A stretch of 64,000 nt of DNA. Source: an uncultured Eubacteriales bacterium (GTDB lineage Bacteria > Bacillota > Clostridia > Oscillospirales > Acutalibacteraceae). A model generated the notes under the pieces. The model saw only the letters and a program-made list of their open reading frames with translations, was not told the DNA's origin and searched no databases. Location: positions 26,723 through 90,722 of the forward strand of contig CAZGPE010000003.1 in the NCBI GenBank assembly GCA_964527585.1, in the 5' to 3' direction. Both the position numbers and the translations under genes were made by a program. Shown piece after piece: positions 57,977-64,000 of the stretch; within the stretch, counting starts at the first letter, position 1; each line of letters begins with the position of its first letter.

Positions 57977-58840
57977 ATGGATAAGAACAATATTGTTGAA
58001 TTTCATAATGTAACTTTTTCGTATTCGGCTGATGAGGGTGAAGAACAGCTTGAACCTGCAATAAACGGATTTTCGCTTAATATTAAGTGTGGAGAATTTA
58101 TTGCGATTCTCGGTCATAACGGATCGGGAAAATCAACTCTCGCAAAACTCAGCAATTCCATCCTTGTTCCTACGGACGGAAAAGTTTTAGTTGACGGGAT
58201 GGATACCGCCGACGAAGAAAAAGTATACGATATAAGAAAAACCGTCGGCGTAGTTTTTCAAAATCCCGACAATCAGATAGTTGCTTCCATTGTTGAGGAA
58301 GATGTTGCGTTCGGCCCGGAAAATCTCGGATTACCACGAGAGGAAATCAGGAAACGGGTTGACAGTTCTTTGAAAGCGGTCGGAATGTACGAATACCGCA
58401 ATCATGAGCCTCATAAACTTTCGGGAGGACAGAAACAGAGGGTTGCAATAGCGGGAATAATCGCAATGCGTCCTAAATGCATTTTTCTTGATGAACCTAC
58501 CGCTATGCTTGACCCTAAAGGCCGCCGTGAAGTTCTTGATACAATAAAAAAGCTTAATGAAGAATTCGGAATATCAATTGTTTTAATAACACATTTTATG
58601 GAAGAAGCCGCTTTAGCGGATCGTGTTGTCGTTGTCGACAGTTCGAGATTGCTTCTTGAAGGAACACCGAAAGAAGTCTTTTCACAGGGAAAACTGCTTG
58701 AAAGCGTCGGGCTTGATATTCCTCAGATTACACAACTTGCAAATGCGCTGAAAGACGACGGAATCGGTCTTCCGGACAGCGTGTTAACTCTTGATGAGTT
58801 TGTTGAAAATGTTACTAATTTACTCGGAGAAAAACAATGA
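57977..58840 (+). CDS. ecfA1: ECF transporter energy-coupling ATPase A1
   Basis: [21 protein letters not shown] and IFLDEPT. It is the first of two tandem CbiO-type ATPases followed by a T component. Confidence 0.93.
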   Translation: MDKNNIVEFHNVTFSYSADEGEEQLEPAINGFSLNIKCGEFIAILGHNGSGKSTLAKLSNSILVPTDGKVLVDGMDTADEEKVYDIRKTVGVVFQNPDNQIVASIVEEDVAFGPENLGLPREEIRKRVDSSLKAVGMYEYRNHEPHKLSGGQKQRVAIAGIIAMRPKCIFLDEPTAMLDPKGRREVLDTIKKLNEEFGISIVLITHFMEEAALADRVVVVDSSRLLLEGTPKEVFSQGKLLESVGLDIPQITQLANALKDDGIGLPDSVLTLDEFVENVTNLLGEKQ

Positions 58841-59703
58841 CGATACTCGAAACTCAAAATCTTTCTTATGTATATTCGCAGGGAACACCTTTTGAAAGAA
58901 CTGCGATTGATAACATAAATATAACCGTTGAAAAAGGCGAATTTATCGGTATAATCGGACACACGGGTTCGGGAAAAAGTACATTGGTTCAGCATCTTAA
59001 CGGATTGTTAAAGCCAACTTCGGGGAAAATCTTGCTTGACGGAAAAGATATTCATTCCGATAAAACTCTTACAAGGCAGGCGAGATTCAGAGTCGGTCTT
59101 TGTTTTCAGTATCCCGAATATCAGTTGTTTGAAAATACCGTCTACGAAGATATTGCTTTCGGTCCGAAAAATATGAAACTTTCGAAAGAAGAAATAGATT
59201 TCCGTGTTCGTGAAACGGCAGAATATGTCGGTATAAAAAAAGATATGCTTGAAAAATCTCCGTTTGATCTTTCCGGCGGCGAAAAAAGGCGTGTTGCGAT
59301 TGCCGGTGTTATGGCGATGAAGCCGGAAATTCTTATTCTCGACGAACCGACTGCGGGACTTGATCCCAAAGGAAGAAAAACAGTTTCCGAAATGATTGAC
59401 AATTATCGCAAAGATACGGGAAGTACGGTTATTGTTGTATCTCACAGTATGGAAGATGTGGCTCAGAACGCCGATAAAGTGCTTGTAATGAATAAAGGAA
59501 AAGTTGAGTATTATGCAAGTGTCGGCGAAGTCTTTTCAAATGCACAGCGCCTTGCGGAAATCGGATTGAATGTTCCCGAAATCACAAAAGTGCTTTTGAA
59601 ACTGAAAGAAAAAGGATATGATGTTAAAACCGATATTTACTCCGTTGAAAAAGCAAAAGCGGAACTTTTGCGCTTGTTTGCGGAAAGGGGTGTGCTGAAT
59701 TGA
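58837..59703 (+). CDS. ecfA2: ECF transporter energy-coupling ATPase A2
   Basis: [21 protein letters not shown] and LILDEPT. It overlaps ecfA1 by 4 nt. Confidence 0.93.
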   Translation: MTILETQNLSYVYSQGTPFERTAIDNINITVEKGEFIGIIGHTGSGKSTLVQHLNGLLKPTSGKILLDGKDIHSDKTLTRQARFRVGLCFQYPEYQLFENTVYEDIAFGPKNMKLSKEEIDFRVRETAEYVGIKKDMLEKSPFDLSGGEKRRVAIAGVMAMKPEILILDEPTAGLDPKGRKTVSEMIDNYRKDTGSTVIVVSHSMEDVAQNADKVLVMNKGKVEYYASVGEVFSNAQRLAEIGLNVPEITKVLLKLKEKGYDVKTDIYSVEKAKAELLRLFAERGVLN

Positions 59704-60515
59704 TTAAAGATATTACGATCGGACAGTATTTTCCCGGAAATTCGGTTATTCATAAACTTGATCCGAGAATGAAAATAATTCTCACTTTTCTTTATATTAT
59801 TTTTATATTTATATGTAAAAACTTTGTCGCACTCGCTTCAATGGTATTGTTAATAGTTGCGGTTGTTTTTCTTTCGAAAATTTCTTTGAAACTTATCGGT
59901 AAAAGTATTAAACCGATTTTTTTAATTGTGCTTATAACTTCCGCATTGCAAATATTATATAATACCGACGGAACGGTTCTTGTTCAGTTGGGTAAATTTC
60001 ATATAACAACCGGCGGAGTATATATGGCTTTGTTTACAACAGTCCGCATTGTCGCACTTGTTGTCGCAAGTTCAATGCTCACTTACACGACTTCACCGAC
60101 GCTTTTAACCGATGCGATAGAGCGTATTTTTTCTCCGTTAAAAGTGTTGAAAATAAATGTCCATTCAATTGCTATGATGATGACAATTGCACTTAGATTT
60201 ATTCCGACGCTGATTGATGAGGTTGATAAGATAATGTCTGCGCAAAAGTCAAGAGGTGCTGATTTCGAAAACGGCGGATTACTCAGCAGAGGTAAGGCAA
60301 TGATACCGATATTTATCCCTCTTTTTATAAATTCGTTCAGACGGGCTTATGAATTGGCTTTTGCTATGGACTGTCGGTGTTATCAAGGCGGAGACGGAAG
60401 AACGAGACTTAAAATTATGAAACTGGAAGCAAGAGATTATATTGCTTTGGGAATTACGGTTTTATTTTGCATAGGTATAATTTTTTCAAATCATTATTTA
60501 ACGGCGGTAATTTGA
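59700..60515 (+). CDS. ecfT: ECF transporter transmembrane T component
   Basis: CbiQ-family membrane protein (LDPRMKII, AQKSRGADFE) with a TTG start overlapping the ecfA2 stop. Confidence 0.9.
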   Translation: MIKDITIGQYFPGNSVIHKLDPRMKIILTFLYIIFIFICKNFVALASMVLLIVAVVFLSKISLKLIGKSIKPIFLIVLITSALQILYNTDGTVLVQLGKFHITTGGVYMALFTTVRIVALVVASSMLTYTTSPTLLTDAIERIFSPLKVLKINVHSIAMMMTIALRFIPTLIDEVDKIMSAQKSRGADFENGGLLSRGKAMIPIFIPLFINSFRRAYELAFAMDCRCYQGGDGRTRLKIMKLEARDYIALGITVLFCIGIIFSNHYLTAVI

Positions 60516-61255
60516 TGAAAAATTATTTGTTGACTTTAATGTATGACGGAACACGCTATCACGGTTGGCAGGTTCAAAATAATGCTTCGAGTGTTCAGCA
60601 GGTCTTACAGGATGCGATACAGACTATACTCGGTGTCCGTGAAAATGTAGTCGGATGCAGCAGAACTGACAGCGGTGTTCATGCGAATATGTTTTGTTGT
60701 AATATGAGAACGGAAAAAGAGCTTTCTGCGGAAAAATTTGTTAAATCGTTAAATGCGGTGTTGCCGAGAGATGTAGTGGTGATCGAAGTTGCGGAAGTTC
60801 CGTTTGAATTTCATGCACGCTATGACTGTATTTCAAAGCAGTATAAATATCTTATACTTAACAGTAAAAGCAGAAATCCTTTTTATGAAAACAGGGCTTT
60901 ACACTATCCGTTTGAGATTGATACCGAACTTCTTGCCCAAGAGGCGAAAGCGTTTATCGGAACTCATGATTTTTCGGCATTTTGTTCGGCAAACTCAAGT
61001 GTTGACAGTAAAATCAGAACGGTAAAATCAATTGATATAATCCGTAACGGAGATTTTGTTGAATTTTATATTGAAGCCGACGGATTTTTATATAATATGG
61101 TTCGTATAATTGTCGGGACATTGCTTGATGTAAATTCCGGAAAAATCGGGCAGGGGAAGATTAAAGAAATAATCGCAAGTAAAGACCGAAATTCAGCGGG
61201 TAAAACCGCAAGTGCTCACGGGCTTTATCTTAACAGAGTTAATTACAGTCTGTAA
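60515..61255 (+). CDS. truA: tRNA pseudouridine(38-40) synthase
   Basis: MKNYLLTLMYDGTRYHGWQVQ and the catalytic RTDSGVHA. The ATG overlaps the ecfT stop (ATGA). Confidence 0.95.
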   Translation: MKNYLLTLMYDGTRYHGWQVQNNASSVQQVLQDAIQTILGVRENVVGCSRTDSGVHANMFCCNMRTEKELSAEKFVKSLNAVLPRDVVVIEVAEVPFEFHARYDCISKQYKYLILNSKSRNPFYENRALHYPFEIDTELLAQEAKAFIGTHDFSAFCSANSSVDSKIRTVKSIDIIRNGDFVEFYIEADGFLYNMVRIIVGTLLDVNSGKIGQGKIKEIIASKDRNSAGKTASAHGLYLNRVNYSL

Positions 61256-61266
61256 CGGTGAATATT

Positions 61267-62484
61267 ATGAAAGATAAAAAAAGAAAAACAAAAAAGAAAA
61301 ACAAAAAAACGCTCGCTCACGATAAGTTTGTTAATGTGATAAAGGCTGTATGTATAATTCTTGTTGTGCTTGTTCTTTTATTTGTTGCGGCAGACAGATT
61401 CGGAAACATAACTTTTTCAAGTGTCGGTGATTATTTCGGAACTTTGGTATCGGGAGCGAAAAGCGGTGAAGGGTATCCGTATTATTTTGAATCCTCAAGC
61501 GCCGAAAGTGTAAAGAAGATAAATTCAGATTTGTTTGTGCTTACCGACAGTACAACATTTGTGCTTGACTCAACGGCAAAAAAATTCGGGGAAACTCAGC
61601 ATTCATATTCCCAGCCGCTTGTTTTAACTTCAAACGGAAGAGCGGTAATGTGTGATGTAGGCGGAACTTCTTACTGCGTTTTTTCAAAAACAAAAAAACT
61701 CTATGACAGCAATGCCGATCAGAAGATAATAACCGCTTCAATCGGTAAAGACGGAAGTGTTGCGATTGCAACCCGTGGAGATAATTCAATGTCGGAACTG
61801 ACCGTTTACAATAAGAACCGAAAAGAAGTCTTTAAGTGGGAATGTGCTAAAGAAAACATTATAGCGGTTGATGTTTCGGATAACGGAAACAAAGCCGTTG
61901 TTTCGGTAGTAGGTGCCGAAAACGGAGAACTTTATTATAAAGTAATAATCTTTGATTTCAGATACAGTGAAAAAATTTCCGAATATTCTTTCGGCTCGAA
62001 ATCGGTTTCCGCAGTTAATTTTATCGGTTCGAACAAGATTTTGGTTACGGGAAAAGAAGTTTTCAGCGTTATAGGAAAAAAAGATAAATATGACGAAGAT
62101 CTTTCGTTGAATACATTGTCAAGAGTATATACATCGGATAACAATATAACCGTTGCGGTTTTTTCTAAGTACGGAAGTTCCACTTCTAAGATAATTAAAG
62201 TTTATTCCGCAACTGCAAAAGAACTTTTTACCGTTGAACTTGACTCCGGTGTGCGCAGTGTTTCGTGCGATTCCGGATATGTATCGGTTCTTACCGACAG
62301 ACAGCTTCTCAATTATACCGTAAGGGGAAAACAGGTCGGTACTTACAATATATCAAGCGACGGCGTTTCATGTTTTTCGGACGGCGGTAACACTTATGTG
62401 CTTACGACAAGTTCGGTAGTGGCTTATAAAACTGTCGGAAGTAATTTATCGAACGCCGAAGAAACAACGCTTTTACAGGAATAA
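61267..62484 (+). CDS. Membrane-anchored hypothetical protein (polybasic N-terminus, 1 TM helix, beta-rich ectodomain; DUF5711-like)
   Basis: MKDKKRKTKKKNKKT, then the TM helix VIKAVCIILVVLVLLFVAA, then about 340 aa of beta-strand-rich repeats. GGTGA lies 5 nt before the ATG at 61267. Confidence 0.7.
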   Translation: MKDKKRKTKKKNKKTLAHDKFVNVIKAVCIILVVLVLLFVAADRFGNITFSSVGDYFGTLVSGAKSGEGYPYYFESSSAESVKKINSDLFVLTDSTTFVLDSTAKKFGETQHSYSQPLVLTSNGRAVMCDVGGTSYCVFSKTKKLYDSNADQKIITASIGKDGSVAIATRGDNSMSELTVYNKNRKEVFKWECAKENIIAVDVSDNGNKAVVSVVGAENGELYYKVIIFDFRYSEKISEYSFGSKSVSAVNFIGSNKILVTGKEVFSVIGKKDKYDEDLSLNTLSRVYTSDNNITVAVFSKYGSSTSKIIKVYSATAKELFTVELDSGVRSVSCDSGYVSVLTDRQLLNYTVRGKQVGTYNISSDGVSCFSDGGNTYVLTTSSVVAYKTVGSNLSNAEETTLLQE

Positions 62485-62559
62485 AAGTTATTAAATTTGT
62501 TGTTTAATGTTCATAATTATGATACAATTTAGCCGTAAAATTATATTGGAGGTATAGTT

Positions 62560-63300
62560 ATGGGTATAGTTCTCGATATTATTTTAGTATTAGTTCTCAT
62601 TGCGGTGATTATCGCTTCGGCGAAAAAAGGCATTTTGGTTACTGTAGTTGAACTTGCCGCTTTTGTGTTAGCGCTTATTTTGGCTTCAAATACGGCGGCT
62701 CCCGTTGCGGAAGTTACATACAAAGCACTTTTCAGTTCCCGTGTAGAGAGGAGTCTTCAGGAAGTTTTACCTGAAAATTCAAGCAAACTTACAAATTCTC
62801 AAAAAGCACAGTATGTATTTGACAATTTGCCGGATTTTGCGAAAAATCAGGCTGAAAAATGCGGTATTGATGTCTCTTCGATAGCACGGCAAATAGGAAC
62901 CGGCGGATTCGAAGACGGTGATTCGCTTTATAAATCTCTTGCGCAAGACATTGTTAAACCGATTGCGGTTACAGTGCTCAAACATATAATGTATTTTGTT
63001 CTTGCCGTTTTGTATGCGATTGTTCTCAGAGCAATATTGAAGTCTCTGTGTAAAGGAATGAAAAAGTTGCGTCTTATAGGCAGTGCCGATAAGACCGTCG
63101 GCGGAATAATAGGTATTGCGAAGGGAGTGGTAATAGTATTCTTACTCGGTTGTCTTTTGTCTTACCTTCAGCCGAGATTTGAAAACGAAAAACTTGTTCA
63201 GGCAATTACCGAGTCCTCAATAGTCGAATTGTGTGAGGAGTTTGACCCCATGGAAGCAATTTCGGCTGCGGAAGTTTTTATCAACAATAATATTAAATAA
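62560..63300 (+). CDS. CvpA-family membrane protein
   Basis: MGIVLDIILVLVLIAVIIASAKKG is the typical CvpA N-terminus. There are 4 TM helices with an inserted soluble loop. Confidence 0.8.
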   Translation: MGIVLDIILVLVLIAVIIASAKKGILVTVVELAAFVLALILASNTAAPVAEVTYKALFSSRVERSLQEVLPENSSKLTNSQKAQYVFDNLPDFAKNQAEKCGIDVSSIARQIGTGGFEDGDSLYKSLAQDIVKPIAVTVLKHIMYFVLAVLYAIVLRAILKSLCKGMKKLRLIGSADKTVGGIIGIAKGVVIVFLLGCLLSYLQPRFENEKLVQAITESSIVELCEEFDPMEAISAAEVFINNNIK

Positions 63301-63314
63301 ACGGAGTAATCTTT

Positions 63315-63938
63315 ATGAATCAAATTAAAAAACTTTTTGACGGATGTCTTACAATACCTAATTTACTTTCTTTAATAAGAATTTTACTTATTCCCGTATT
63401 CGGAGTGCTTTTTTATCAAGGTAATGTTATTTGGGCGGTTGTAGTTCTTATAATTTCCGGACTTACAGATTTCTTTGACGGAAAAATCGCAAGAAAATTT
63501 AATCAGATAAGTGAACTCGGAAAAATGCTCGATCCGATTGCCGATAAACTCACTCAAATTACAATAGCGATTATTCTTTTCCTTACTTTTAATAAGTCGA
63601 CAAATCCCGTTATGACTTGGTTTAAGTGGGTATTCCTTTTCTTTGTTTTCAAGGAATTTCTTATGGTACTTGTCGGCGGAATAATGGTGTTTATGGGACT
63701 TAAACCCAGTGCTGCGGAAATTTACGGCAAAATAGCGACTTTTGTGTATTATGCCGTAATGGCGAGCGTAATAGCATTCGGTCCGGAAGTCGGAGCGCTC
63801 AGAAATTATTTCACATTACCCGATTGGCTTATGATTGTTTTGGTAATAATTTCTGCAATACTTACTTTTGTTGCTTTGCTCAGTTACATTCCCGATACTT
63901 TCAGACAGTTTAAGGAGAAAAAGCAACAGTCCAAATAA
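63315..63938 (+). CDS. CDP-alcohol phosphatidyltransferase (PgsA-like)
   Basis: DGKIARKFNQISELGKMLDPIADK matches the D-G-x2-A-R-x8-G-x3-D-x3-D signature. About 6 TM helices. Confidence 0.88.
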   Translation: MNQIKKLFDGCLTIPNLLSLIRILLIPVFGVLFYQGNVIWAVVVLIISGLTDFFDGKIARKFNQISELGKMLDPIADKLTQITIAIILFLTFNKSTNPVMTWFKWVFLFFVFKEFLMVLVGGIMVFMGLKPSAAEIYGKIATFVYYAVMASVIAFGPEVGALRNYFTLPDWLMIVLVIISAILTFVALLSYIPDTFRQFKEKKQQSK

Positions 63939-63964
63939 TTATATACAGCGAGGAAAAACATTAA

Positions 63965-64000
63965 ATGAATAAAAATATGCTTTGTAGCAGATGCCATAAA
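63965..64000 (+). CDS. Start of an unidentified CDS (truncated by the window end)
   Basis: ATG at 63965 with GAGG upstream. Only MNKNMLCSRCHK is visible, so no assignment is possible. Confidence 0.3.
   Translation, partial: MNKNMLCSRCHK

Overview
This is a chromosomal segment of a low-GC (about 40%) anaerobic Firmicute. It is probably a Ruminococcus/Oscillospiraceae-type Clostridium; that is an inference from the dockerin-bearing surface protein, AdhE, an [FeFe]-hydrogenase, ECF transporters and the riboswitch architecture. I can support about 55 intact CDS, one tRNA-Leu(CAA), a SAM-I riboswitch (metK) and an FMN riboswitch (ribU-like ECF S-component). There are also many textbook sigma-A promoters and rho-independent terminators. 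I found no rRNA, CRISPR array, transposase, integrase or phage gene. Several real starts appear to be TTG/GTG or internal ATGs, so a number of ORF-track starts were trimmed.

Most of the window is housekeeping: alaS, fhs, metK, manA, ispD/ispF, ligA, pgi, rpmF, der, ruvCAB, glmM, ecfA1A2T and truA.

The segments I consider most worth follow-up are:
1. A monocistronic 1920-aa, non-catalytic, dockerin-tipped array of Ig-like modules with nested internal duplications (38839..44601).
2. An adhE / kinase-fold protein / [FeFe]-hydrogenase operon sitting behind a perfect Clostridial-type Rex operator and a second 10-bp-arm palindrome (22044..27034).
3. A translationally coupled polytopic membrane protein plus stand-alone condensation-domain-like (HxxxD) acyltransferase (18903..20977).
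4. Divergent operons manA-MFS and tauE-sulfatase-GPH symporter, which suggest cytoplasmic desulfation of an imported sulfated glycoside (10263..16123).
5. A 7TMR-DISM/LytS-type kinase paired with a REC-SARP-type regulator and fused transcriptionally to fhs (2994..7433).

All functional calls rest on motif and family recognition by eye. No database search was run.
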